Shown in pieces: positions 22,257 through 32,537 of a DNA stretch of 64,000 nucleotides. The stretch's first letter is position 1; every line of letters starts with the position of its first letter. The notes under the pieces are model-generated. The model saw nothing but the letters and a program-made list of their open reading frames with translations. It was not told the DNA's origin and ran no database searches. Source of the DNA: Promethearchaeota archaeon (GTDB lineage Archaea; Asgardarchaeota; Lokiarchaeia; Sigyniarchaeales; SOKP01). Made by a program: the position numbers and the translations under genes. Location: positions 636,035 through 700,034 of the forward strand of contig JAHPZA010000010.1 in assembly GCA_019058445.1 (NCBI GenBank), in the 5' to 3' direction.

Positions 22257-22748
22257 CATTTTAAAAAATATTGTTTCTAACTCTTATTGTTATTTTCTAA
22301 TAATATTTAATTTTGGTATTTTTTGCCCTTTTCCCATCTAGCAGAACAATTCTATTTTCTAAATTATAAACTTCAATATCTAATATTACATTATTAATTT
22401 CGGAGCAATCTGTTAATTTCAAAGGTGTTTTTTTAAAATTCTTTGTAATAAGTTCAAAGGAATTATAGGTTATTATTGCACAAAAGAGGTCATGAAATTG
22501 CCATGCTAGTGGAATTATCATTGAATACATGAAAAATTAAATCTATATAAATTTCAAGATATTTTTGAAAAATTACATTGATTTTATAGAATTTGCCCGG
22601 AAAATCTGTCATAAGAGTTTTAATTTATAAATTTTATACAGAAAATAGAATAGATTTTTTCCTTATTAAAATTATTATATAAAAAATTAACTTCTTTGAT
22701 AATATTTAATAAAATAACTAAAAGATATTATAAGAAAAATAAAGACTT

Positions 22749-23114
22749 TCAAAAAGCTTTCCACTTTTCATATTTTTCCTTCAGTTGATAGATTTCCTTC
22801 ACTAATTTTTCATTTTCTAATCGGAGATTTTCAATTTCCATCATCAAGGTATTGATTATAATTGCTGCTTGATCTTTTGAAAACAGATCCTCATCAGTTA
22901 AAATATGAACATCAACACCTCTAACCTCAAGATTTTTATCTAAATACAAAGTAGTTAAAATATTCTTCAGTTGCCCGTGAAGAAAAATATGAGAAAAAGG
23001 AAACCGAGAATGTTTTTTTAAGACTTCTTTATCTAATTTTATTTCATGGAAAATATCGCAGATACTACAATAATACTGTCTTCTTACAAAACTACCAATT
23101 TCATGTTTATTCAT
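22749..23114 (-). CDS. small Cys/His protein with C-terminal coiled coil, in tandem with a Rab-like gene
   Basis: YYCSICDIFH...FPFSHIFLHG; EIENLRLENEKL. Confidence 0.65.
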   Translation of the reverse strand: MNKHEIGSFVRRQYYCSICDIFHEIKLDKEVLKKHSRFPFSHIFLHGQLKNILTTLYLDKNLEVRGVDVHILTDEDLFSKDQAAIIINTLMMEIENLRLENEKLVKEIYQLKEKYEKWKAF

Positions 23115-23140
23115 ATTCTATAAAAAACTAATCGAAATGA

Positions 23141-23680
23141 TTATAATATTCCAGATATTTTCATCATTATATCAGCAATGGTATAAAAAATCTTTTCCAC
23201 ATTCTCTCCAGTTTTAGAAGAACATTCGATAAAGTTATTCAATCCACGCTCTTTACCGTATTCTGCTGCATATTCTGCATCAATTACTCTTTTTCCTTCT
23301 AATTCCAGATCGCTCTTACCACCAACTAATATAATCGGAAAATTATAATCTTCTTCATCTGGTGCGGTTTTTAAAATGTTTAACCATTCATCTAAATTTT
23401 TTAAAGTAGTGAAACGTGAGATATCATACATAAATATTCCTCCTGAAGCGCCTATTACATAATTAGGTAACAGAGATTTAAATTGGTGTTCTCCCGCGAA
23501 ATCCCAAATCTGTAAATTAACAGAAATTCCTTCAATTTCTACATTTTTAGTATAAAAATCAACTCCAATTGTCATGGAATAGTTTTCGCTATATTGGCCT
23601 GTGACATAACGGTTGACTAATGTTGTTTTTCCAACACCCCCATCCCCAAAAATACACATTTTATACCGTGCAAAACTCAT
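23141..23680 (-). CDS. Rab-like small GTPase
   Basis: GDGGVGKT, TIGVDF, WDFAGE, GKSDL, ECSSKTG; no C-terminal prenylation Cys. Confidence 0.93.
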   Translation of the reverse strand: MSFARYKMCIFGDGGVGKTTLVNRYVTGQYSENYSMTIGVDFYTKNVEIEGISVNLQIWDFAGEHQFKSLLPNYVIGASGGIFMYDISRFTTLKNLDEWLNILKTAPDEEDYNFPIILVGGKSDLELEGKRVIDAEYAAEYGKERGLNNFIECSSKTGENVEKIFYTIADIMMKISGIL

Positions 23681-23951
23681 TTTACTAGTCCTTTCATATT
23701 TTAATTGTGATTATTAAATGCATCCTTGAAATATATATTATGCAATTATAATAGTATAGATAAATAAAAATAATTGGTATTTGCAATATAAATTAAGGAT
23801 AAATACTTTTTATCCCTTATTTTTTATTTCATATTTTTATAGGATTTATGTTTCTTTCTGGATCTATTGATTTGTTATGAAACAATGATTTAAATTAAAA
23901 AATGGGAATTCTTTTCTTAAATATCATAATTTATCAAGATTTCCCTTAGCT

Positions 23952-24236
23952 TTAATGATTTATCATAAAATTCCATTGCAAAAGCATCATCTCCCATAGA
24001 TATGCAAAGATCTGCAATTCATCTTCATTTTCCAAGATAAAGAGTAATTCCTGACCAGAAGTGTCAAACACGCCTAATTCTAAATCCATCCATTTATACA
24101 CTGAAGATAAGATCCCTCTTGTTGGAACAAGAGGAAACAAAATCAAATTTTTAGGATCCTTTCCCTCGAAAATCACCTGCATGATGCTTGTTTTACCCAC
24201 ACCTGCTCTTCCAATAAATAATATCTTCTTTACCAT
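23952..24236 (-). pseudogene. truncated Rag-like GTPase fragment (similar to the G-domain of 26777)
   Basis: GRAGVGKTS, PTRGI, FDTSGQEL.F.L; similarity is lost after G3. Confidence 0.75.
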
Positions 24237-24469
24237 AATATATCCACAAAATAAGATCCTTATCTGTAAATGTAAAACCTAATTCGATATCTTCATTTGA
24301 TAATAATTGACTTCAAAAATATAAAATATTCATGTATATAAATTTCTGCTAAATCATATAATTATAAAATTTAAAAGAAAAAGGAATAGAAATAGTATAA
24401 AACCATCAATAATAGAGGTTAACTCTTGATTATTTAATTTTATATCTTTTTAGATAAAGTTTAAAAAAC

Positions 24470-24847
24470 CTAATTTGAAATATTTAAAATATTCTTTACT
24501 ATTTCTCTAAATTCAGCAACTTTAATTGGTTTTGATATATAATCATTAAAACCCGCTGCTAAAATTCTTTCTTTATCTCCCTTCATTGCAAATGAAGTAA
24601 CAGCAATGATCGGAATTTCTTTAAATTTATTAATTTTTCGAAGTTCTGTACAGATATCAATACCACTAATTTCTGGTAATTGAATATCTAAGATTACTAG
24701 ATCGGGTTTTCCAGATTTAATTAATTCTAAGCCAGTATCACCTCGAGTTTCAGAAAAAATTTCTACTTCTGGGATTAATTTCAAAATGGCTAAAAAGAGT
24801 TTCATATTTTTCTCATTATCTTCGATAACATATACTTTTTTTTTCAT
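24470..24847 (-). CDS. single-domain response regulator (DivK/CheY-like)
   Basis: IEDNE, LDIQLP, AVTSFAM.GD, YISKP. Confidence 0.93.
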   Translation of the reverse strand: MKKKVYVIEDNEKNMKLFLAILKLIPEVEIFSETRGDTGLELIKSGKPDLVILDIQLPEISGIDICTELRKINKFKEIPIIAVTSFAMKGDKERILAAGFNDYISKPIKVAEFREIVKNILNISN

Positions 24848-25122
24848 AATAAACTTCTCATTTGAATAAAATTCAAAATTTATGTTAAAATTAAACCAAG
24901 GATAATTTAAAGATATAGTGTTTATTTTTAAATTTTTTTTAAGATATGTTTATATATATTTTCTTTTTCTTTTTTAGTATTATAATATTTGATGTATAAA
25001 ATCAGTATATAATAAGGGCTACGGATATTAAAGTCAAAAAGCGTTAAATTTTATTTCGATCTCGTGAGAATTATAAAACATAAGGTACTTTATTGAAAAA
25101 TAAATTTTAAAAAGATTGATTT

Positions 25123-26646
25123 TTGATGAGCAGAAAAGTAATTCTTATTGGACCACCTGAAGGAGGTAAAACAACCTTGAGAAAGATCTTTTTTGAAGGA
25201 GAGAACTCAACAAGAATTTTAGAATATGGTTTAGAACCTACTCGAGGACATGAAACTATATTATTAGATTTAAGGAAAAAGATAGGTCTATTCGATTTAG
25301 GTGGTCAAGAAAATCAGCGATGGTTTGAAACTGAAGAAATATCAATATTTTATGAAGCGAAAATTATTATTGTTGTATTTGATATAAGTTGGTCATTAAA
25401 TTATATCGTAGATTTCATTAATAAGATTTTAAGAATTCGTGAAGAAATAACTTCTTTATCAACCATTATTATTTTATTACACAAGATCGATTTAGTCGAT
25501 CAGGAAATTATAAGAAGTATGAGTAAAACTATTTATCACACCATCGAAAAAAATAAACTAGTAAAAGTATATTTTACGAGCGTTAAAAGAGAGTATATTG
25601 CTCAAACTTTTTCATATTTTGTTGAAATTATAAAAGCTTGCATCATTGACGAGATTGAACTAGAAGATTCAAATTTTTATTTATTAGATGAAGTATTAAA
25701 AGTCGTTTATCTTACATATAAAAATGAGTTTATCTCTAAAACAGATTTTATTACAAAATTAAATCGCTCAGAAAGAATAATAGATAGAATTATAAACCAT
25801 TTAATAAAGAAGGAACATTTACAATTCTCGGGGATATATGAAAAAGATAAACTTTTTTTCTTAACAGCAATAGGAAAAAAGTATTTTACCGATATCTTAG
25901 AAAAATTCACTCTTGAAAGATATTTAGAAAGATCGAAGATTAAACCATTTCATATAATAATCCCCGAAACAAAAGCCCCCTTTATTTTTGGAGTGTTTTT
26001 AATAAATAGTAAGGGAAAAGTTACGGTAATCTCAGAAACTTATGAAAATGATTTATACAATATCTTAAAGGAGAATTTTCAACGGGATAATTTAGAAGCT
26101 TATTCCTATGATAACCTTATTCAAAACTTTAAAGCTGCCTTAGAATTATTTATTAAAGAAAGTGAGATTCAAGATCTTTCAGGGATAAGGCTAATAGGGG
26201 GAACTCTCTATTTCTTTGAATCTCATGGAATCACATTAAGTATAATCGGTCATCCACATGTTGATTTTAAGAAGTATGAAAACACAATTCTCAAGAGCTT
26301 TGAAAAAACTTACATGGATAACAAACTTGAATTTGATATTCTCAAAACAAGCTCAGCAATTTATAATACTCAATTAACTCGGATCATGAAAGATTGGTTG
26401 ATACAAATTAATAATTTTTACATATCTATGTTGGAAAATTTAGATACAATTGATATTTCGTCAGCTAGAAATCTTTATATGGAATTAGAAGATCTGTCTA
26501 CTAAGATTGATGTGAATAATGTTGAAGTTCAAGAAAGAATAAAAAAATTGAAAATAGGGTTAATGAATAACATACTAGAAGAAAATTTCAATAAATTCAA
26601 AGATATTGCTAATGAAATACTCAAAATTAGCTTAGAGTATAAATAA
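25123..26646 (+). CDS. Rag/Gtr-like GTPase - wHTH - roadblock/longin-like domain
   Basis: GPPEGGKTT, PTRG, DLGGQE, HKID; LTAIGK wing; PFIFGVFLINSKGK. Confidence 0.8.
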   Translation: MMSRKVILIGPPEGGKTTLRKIFFEGENSTRILEYGLEPTRGHETILLDLRKKIGLFDLGGQENQRWFETEEISIFYEAKIIIVVFDISWSLNYIVDFINKILRIREEITSLSTIIILLHKIDLVDQEIIRSMSKTIYHTIEKNKLVKVYFTSVKREYIAQTFSYFVEIIKACIIDEIELEDSNFYLLDEVLKVVYLTYKNEFISKTDFITKLNRSERIIDRIINHLIKKEHLQFSGIYEKDKLFFLTAIGKKYFTDILEKFTLERYLERSKIKPFHIIIPETKAPFIFGVFLINSKGKVTVISETYENDLYNILKENFQRDNLEAYSYDNLIQNFKAALELFIKESEIQDLSGIRLIGGTLYFFESHGITLSIIGHPHVDFKKYENTILKSFEKTYMDNKLEFDILKTSSAIYNTQLTRIMKDWLIQINNFYISMLENLDTIDISSARNLYMELEDLSTKIDVNNVEVQERIKKLKIGLMNNILEENFNKFKDIANEILKISLEYK

Positions 26647-26776
26647 ATTGAAATTATATGGCTATAAATTTTCGAATTTGAAAGTTATTAAATTAGATAT
26701 ATTAATAAATACATTCTTTTTTGTATAATGTGCATAAAATGGATATCTATATTTTATTGCTAAAAGGCAAATTAAA

Positions 26777-28081
26777 ATGGTAATCGGTTTAACATTATAT
26801 AAATGGGATCAGAGGGTAGGCGCCGTATTAGAAGTAAAATATCCGGAATCTTTTGAAATACATGATTCCTTGATGAATAAAATCTACACGACTCATTATT
26901 ATTCTCAAGATTATGAAAAGGAGGAATTAATAGAAATAAATTATGAAGATCAGGTAATTTTTAGCTATTGCGATAAAACCAGAGTTCCTGAAGTAGGTTA
27001 TGAGATATTAATTCTTATTATACATGAAAAGGATAGAATTAATTCATACAATTTAAAAAAAAAACTGTTAGATTTCTCAAGAAATGTTATCAAAGAACCT
27101 AAGGAAAATAGGGCTTCAATTTTCTTGGAGAATGTAAAAACATTTTTCAAGAAACCCTCGGCAAAGAAACTATTACTTCTTGGAAGAGCAGGCACAGGAA
27201 AAACCACGATAAAAAAAATAATATTTGAAGGAATTAGTCCGAAAGATTTGTTATACAATCCTCTAGCACCGACTCGTGGAATAACTCCTTCAATGTATTC
27301 ATGGTTGGATATAAGTTTAGGTCTATTTGATTCTTCCGGTCAAGAGTTACCATTTTTATTGCGCGATGAAGATGAGCAAAAAATTGCTTTTGAAAATACA
27401 GAAGCTATAATATACTTATTTGACTTCCAAAATTGGATGGTAAATCCCCAGGATTTAATAGAAGAAGTCCGCAAAATAAAACAAATTTTCATAAATTATA
27501 ACACTACTGCAAAAATTTTTTTGTTCCTTCATAAAGTCGATTTAATGAAAGAAGATACAAAAGCACGAGATCTTACTGAAATTAAGAGTATAATTCAAAA
27601 AAAGCTTGAGATGCCTCTGTTTACAACAAGTATCTATCCGGATTTAATTTATAGTCTCTATAATGCTTTCTGTGATATTTTGAGTGGTTTTTCAAAAGAC
27701 ACTACGATCATAAGAAATATTTTAGATGATAACATCACTGACTTATCGAAAATGATGTGTTTTATTACAAATCAAAATAATAGTATTGTTGTACAAACGA
27801 TGACTCCAGATTTTAATACAAATTATATTAATCATTCTCATAAACTTATTGCGCAATTAAATCAAAGTTTTGAAGATATGTCCGAAAATCAAATCAATCA
27901 TGTAATTATATCAAGTACTAATGATTTAAATTTGATTATGATGAATTTAGCTTTAAAAAAATTCAACCTAAAAAATTTAATATGTATTTCAGAATCGCTT
28001 CGTGCTAATAAGTTGATTTTATTAGGAGGATATATCAGAACAGCATTAAACCGGTATCTTTATTATAATAAAAAAGACTAA
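26777..28081 (+). CDS. longin/uDENN-like domain - Rag-like GTPase - roadblock-like C-terminal domain
   Basis: N-terminal LYKWDQRVGAVLEVKYPE; GRAGTGKTT, PTRG, DSSGQE, HKVD, TSI. Confidence 0.8.
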   Translation: MVIGLTLYKWDQRVGAVLEVKYPESFEIHDSLMNKIYTTHYYSQDYEKEELIEINYEDQVIFSYCDKTRVPEVGYEILILIIHEKDRINSYNLKKKLLDFSRNVIKEPKENRASIFLENVKTFFKKPSAKKLLLLGRAGTGKTTIKKIIFEGISPKDLLYNPLAPTRGITPSMYSWLDISLGLFDSSGQELPFLLRDEDEQKIAFENTEAIIYLFDFQNWMVNPQDLIEEVRKIKQIFINYNTTAKIFLFLHKVDLMKEDTKARDLTEIKSIIQKKLEMPLFTTSIYPDLIYSLYNAFCDILSGFSKDTTIIRNILDDNITDLSKMMCFITNQNNSIVVQTMTPDFNTNYINHSHKLIAQLNQSFEDMSENQINHVIISSTNDLNLIMMNLALKKFNLKNLICISESLRANKLILLGGYIRTALNRYLYYNKKD

Positions 28082-28093
28082 ATCAATGATTAA

Positions 28094-29626
28094 ATGAGTA
28101 AGAAAATCGTTATAGTAGGACCGCCAGGAGCTGGTAAAACTACTCTTCGCAAAATTTTTTTTGAAGGTGAAAACTCATCTCAACTCTTAGAATATGCACT
28201 TGAACCGACTCACGGGCAAGAATCTCTCATCTTAAAATTGAGGCCTGAAGTAGGAATTTTTGATTTAGCAGGTCAAGAAAATAAGAGATGGTTTGAAACA
28301 GGTGAGAGCTCTATTTTTTATAGTGCAAAAATAATCCTTGTGGTAATAGATATAATCTCTTCAATTGAAACAATACTCGATTTTATAAGAAAGGTTATTG
28401 AGATTAGGAATTCTCTTACTCCAAATTCAATGATTTATGTCCTATTACATAAAATTGACTTAATTACAGAGAATCAACTTAAGAAAATAAGGATAAAAAT
28501 AAATAGATCTCTATTAGAAGTGAATTTAATAAAAGTTTTATTCTCTAGCGTTAAAAAAGAATATTTTTCCACTACTTTATCATTTTTTCTTGAAATCTTA
28601 ATGATTTGTTTAAATGAAGAAATCTCATTCGAAAATTTTGATTTTTATTTATTAAATGAAACAATTAGACTACTTAAGTTAATAGATAACGAATTGATCA
28701 GTTCCAAAACAGATTTGCATGAAAGATTAAATATAACTGAAGAAGATCTTAATCGAATAATAAATCATTTAGTTGAAACTGGACAAATTCAATTTTCTGA
28801 TATAAAAACCGAGAGAATACTAAGCCTTACAGAAAAAGGTAAGAATAACTTTAATAAAATTGTAAACAATTTTTCTATGAATAATATTTTGAGTTTTAAA
28901 AAAGAAGCTACTGTTATTAATATCCCAAGTAAAGAAAATATTCCCCCATTTTTGGGTTATTTTATTGCTAACGAAGATGGTCTAGCATTACAAAAAGTAG
29001 AATTGTATGAAGGAATTCTTTTAAACTATCTAAAAATCAAATACGGAGAAAAAGAAATAATAGAAAATGAAAAGTTTGATCTTGATTTAATCCCGATGTT
29101 TGTTAGTGCCTTAGAGAAATTTTCAAATGAAATTAATATTAAAAACTTATCTGGTTTCACTTTAATGGGAACTAATTTAAAGATGCAAATCTTGGGATAT
29201 GATCAATATACGGTAACTCTCTTTTCTAATCCAAATGTTAACATAAAAAATATCAAATATAAAATTGATAATTTTTTCATTAATTTTTTTGAAATCCATA
29301 AAAATGAGTTTGAGAAAGCTGTTAAAACGGGCTCCTTTAGTAATATTCAGTATTTAGCGGAAGAAGGAGCAAATTGGTTAAATCGACTGAATATTTTATA
29401 TAAAAACATAATTATAAGTACCGATTTCTATGATTTAGAAAGTGCAAAAAACATTTATGATGATCTAGACAATTTCCAAAGAGATGTAAATATTGAATAT
29501 TCAATTATTCTTGAAAAAATTAAAAAATTAAAAATTAATTTGATGAATGCAATTTTAATAGAAGACTTCGAGGAGATTAAAAAATTGGCCATGACTGCTC
29601 ACCATCTAAAATCCAAATTTTACTAA
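28094..29626 (+). CDS. Rag/Gtr-like GTPase - wHTH - roadblock/longin-like domain
   Basis: GPPGAGKTT, PTHG, DLAGQE, HKID; LTEKGK; PPFLGYFIANEDG...LIPMFVSALEKFS. Confidence 0.8.
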   Translation: MSKKIVIVGPPGAGKTTLRKIFFEGENSSQLLEYALEPTHGQESLILKLRPEVGIFDLAGQENKRWFETGESSIFYSAKIILVVIDIISSIETILDFIRKVIEIRNSLTPNSMIYVLLHKIDLITENQLKKIRIKINRSLLEVNLIKVLFSSVKKEYFSTTLSFFLEILMICLNEEISFENFDFYLLNETIRLLKLIDNELISSKTDLHERLNITEEDLNRIINHLVETGQIQFSDIKTERILSLTEKGKNNFNKIVNNFSMNNILSFKKEATVINIPSKENIPPFLGYFIANEDGLALQKVELYEGILLNYLKIKYGEKEIIENEKFDLDLIPMFVSALEKFSNEINIKNLSGFTLMGTNLKMQILGYDQYTVTLFSNPNVNIKNIKYKIDNFFINFFEIHKNEFEKAVKTGSFSNIQYLAEEGANWLNRLNILYKNIIISTDFYDLESAKNIYDDLDNFQRDVNIEYSIILEKIKKLKINLMNAILIEDFEEIKKLAMTAHHLKSKFY

Positions 29627-29701
29627 TATTGATTTTTAGTATATAAAACTCAGACTTAATTCTTAAAGAAATAATCTATATTTATAAACATGAGTAATAA
29701 A

Positions 29702-32449
29702 TCAAATCAAATTCAGAAATTCATCTACTGAAAATTCTTCAATTTTTATATTCTTTGGAATAGTAAATGTAAAAGTTGTCCCGACACCTAATTTACTTGT
29801 AAAAAAAATATTTCCACCATGAAGATTCACTAATCTCTTGGTTAGCGATAACCCTAAACCAGTACCAGGCAATGAATTTGTGTAAGGATTATTAACTCTT
29901 TTGAAGTCTTTGAAGATTATATCAAAATATTTTTCTGGAATACCAATACCTGTATCTTTAACCTTAAATATCCAATTCTCTTTATCTTCTTCGACAATAA
30001 TTGTAATTTTTCCTTCTAATGTGAACTTTATTGCATTATCAAGTAAATTATAAAGAATTTCCTTAAACCTCAAAGGATCAGCTGTAATTTCTTTTTTACT
30101 TTTTAATCCTTTCAACTTAATCTTAATATTCTTCTTTGAATATTCTGGTTTGAAAGTTGATAAAACTTGTTCTATTATTGAATTTAAAGAAAAAATCTTA
30201 GTGTTTAATGTCGTCTCTCCTGCCTCGATTTTTGAAATATCTAAAATGTCTTTTACCATGTCAAATTGATGCTGAGCTGAAGATTTGATATCATTTACAA
30301 ATTGAAGTTGTTCTTGGTTTAAAGGGCCATATACTTCTTCTAAGAGCAAGTCAGTAAATCCTATAATTGCGTTTAAGGGAGTTCTTAGTTCATGAGACAT
30401 AGTCGCTAAAAATTCATTTTTTATTTGTGAAGCTCTAAGTATTTCATCTAAATATTTTTTTTGCTGGTCTAAAGCTCGTTTAAGCTCTTTAGTTCTGATT
30501 ACTACTTCTTCCTCTAATTGTTCCTTAAATCTTTCTTCTAAGAGTTCAGCTCTTTTTCGTTGAGTTATATCTTTAGCTATCCCAAAAAATCCTATTTTTG
30601 TTCCTTCTGAATCATACATTAAGGAGATTGAAATTTCGATAAATTTTTTTTTTTTATTCTTAGTTTTAATTTTATATTCAAAATTCTTGACTGATTTTTC
30701 GGTTTTATAAACTTCATTAAACTGAGTGAAAACCTTCTCTTTAGTAGAATAATCTAAATATTCTCTATAATTCATATTCCTTAATTCTTCTTTGGGGTAT
30801 TCAAAAATATTACATAATGACTCGTTAAAGAATATGAAATCTCCTCTTAAATCAACTTCATAATATCCTTCTTTAATATTATTCAAAATTTTTCGATATT
30901 TCTCTTCAGATTCTTTTAATTGTACCTCAGCATTTTTTTGGTCAGTTATATCAATAATATTAATTAAATCCGCATAATGTCCTTGAAATTGGATTGATTT
31001 AGAATAATTATCAATCCATTTCACTATTCCTTTTTTCGTTAAAATTTTAGACTCATAATGAATTATAGCATCTGAAGTACCTTGTTGCTTTATTGCAGCT
31101 TGTTTCGACACAAAATCTCGAAATTCTGGATGGATAATTTTAATCCATTCATCTGAGCCCCAACCCATTATCTCCTGAACGCTATATCCGCATATAGAGG
31201 CAAAATAATGATTTATATATATAAAGTTATTATTTTGTAGTATTGCTATTCCCATCAGAGATTGTTCAGTTATAATTCTAAATTTTTCTTCAGAATCTCT
31301 AAGATCATTCTCTGCTTTCTTTTGCTCATAAATCCTGCCTAAAAATTCAGCAATAGCATTAATAAGGTCTAATTCTTCTCTTAAAAAAGGTCTTTGTTCA
31401 GATTCTTGTATATCTTTTAGATAATATACTTCCACAGTACCAATTTTTTCTCCCTTTACTTTGATTTCAGCGATATGTTTCCATTCTGTTTCCACAAAAT
31501 TGTCGTTTTTAAATTCCCCTCCTTTAATTATGATTTTACAACATATTTCATTGGGAAATTGGAAAGCAGGCAGAATTAAATCGAGAGTTCTTTGAAATAT
31601 TTCTTCTATTGGAAGATCATTATTTTCAATTAGTTTTGATAATCCATATAAACAAGTAAGTTCTTTTACACTTTCTTTTAATTTACTTTCCAGCTCAAGT
31701 TGTTTAGTAATATCTTTTATCGTCCCTTCCACTTCCAATGGATTTCCCTTTAAATCGCGTATTAGATGCGCGTTTATTTCAACGGTTATTGTTTTTCTAT
31801 TTGGTGTTTTAATTTTAGCGATAAAATTTTTTATGTATCCATTTCGCTCTAATTCTTCATAATATTGTTCTTGTGTTTTAGAACCAACTAAAAACTCAGA
31901 TGCTTTTGCTCCCACTAAACTTACTGATGGATCCAGACCTAAAATACTATTTAATTGTTGATTATGAATGAGCAGCTTTCCCTTGAACTCACCTTTATAA
32001 AATCCCACGTCTAAATTTTTAATTATATTTTTGAGGTTTTCTTCGGATTTTTGTAATAATTCTTCCAAATTCTTCTTTTTAGTAATATCCTCTGCCATTT
32101 CAAAACGAACCTTCCGTCCGTCATCCCAAATTATTGCTTGATCAATAATATGAAACCATTTACCGACTTTTTCGTTATAAAAATCAAAAATAAATGGAGA
32201 TTTTGGTCTTTTACTGAATAAAAGTCTATTGGTACAAAAAGAACAAGGTTCATTAAATTCATGAAATACTTCATAGCATTTTTTACCTATAATATCTCCT
32301 GGAACATATTCGTTCGTTTTATTATTCACATAAAGAATCTCATAAGAATTCGGATCTGAGATATAGACTAGTTGTTCAAAATTATCAAAAATCGCTTTAA
32401 ATTTCTGATCTCCTTGAATTTCAAAATTTTTTGTTTTATTCTCTTTCAA
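29702..32449 (-). CDS. multi-PAS/GAF sensor histidine kinase
   Basis: 4 PAS domains (first has GKKCY...PCSFC), a GAF-like segment, MSHELRTPLN, HATPase. Confidence 0.95.
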   Translation of the reverse strand: MKENKTKNFEIQGDQKFKAIFDNFEQLVYISDPNSYEILYVNNKTNEYVPGDIIGKKCYEVFHEFNEPCSFCTNRLLFSKRPKSPFIFDFYNEKVGKWFHIIDQAIIWDDGRKVRFEMAEDITKKKNLEELLQKSEENLKNIIKNLDVGFYKGEFKGKLLIHNQQLNSILGLDPSVSLVGAKASEFLVGSKTQEQYYEELERNGYIKNFIAKIKTPNRKTITVEINAHLIRDLKGNPLEVEGTIKDITKQLELESKLKESVKELTCLYGLSKLIENNDLPIEEIFQRTLDLILPAFQFPNEICCKIIIKGGEFKNDNFVETEWKHIAEIKVKGEKIGTVEVYYLKDIQESEQRPFLREELDLINAIAEFLGRIYEQKKAENDLRDSEEKFRIITEQSLMGIAILQNNNFIYINHYFASICGYSVQEIMGWGSDEWIKIIHPEFRDFVSKQAAIKQQGTSDAIIHYESKILTKKGIVKWIDNYSKSIQFQGHYADLINIIDITDQKNAEVQLKESEEKYRKILNNIKEGYYEVDLRGDFIFFNESLCNIFEYPKEELRNMNYREYLDYSTKEKVFTQFNEVYKTEKSVKNFEYKIKTKNKKKKFIEISISLMYDSEGTKIGFFGIAKDITQRKRAELLEERFKEQLEEEVVIRTKELKRALDQQKKYLDEILRASQIKNEFLATMSHELRTPLNAIIGFTDLLLEEVYGPLNQEQLQFVNDIKSSAQHQFDMVKDILDISKIEAGETTLNTKIFSLNSIIEQVLSTFKPEYSKKNIKIKLKGLKSKKEITADPLRFKEILYNLLDNAIKFTLEGKITIIVEEDKENWIFKVKDTGIGIPEKYFDIIFKDFKRVNNPYTNSLPGTGLGLSLTKRLVNLHGGNIFFTSKLGVGTTFTFTIPKNIKIEEFSVDEFLNLI

Positions 32450-32537
32450 GATTAAATACGCTATAGTATAATTCTATTTGATTATCTATCTTATTATGCT
32501 AAATTAAATTATTCTGGAATTGTAATGAAAAATGTAA

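Noticed and set aside
22297-22530. 77-aa ORF
   Set aside because: No motif or paralog support; it may be spurious or a remnant.
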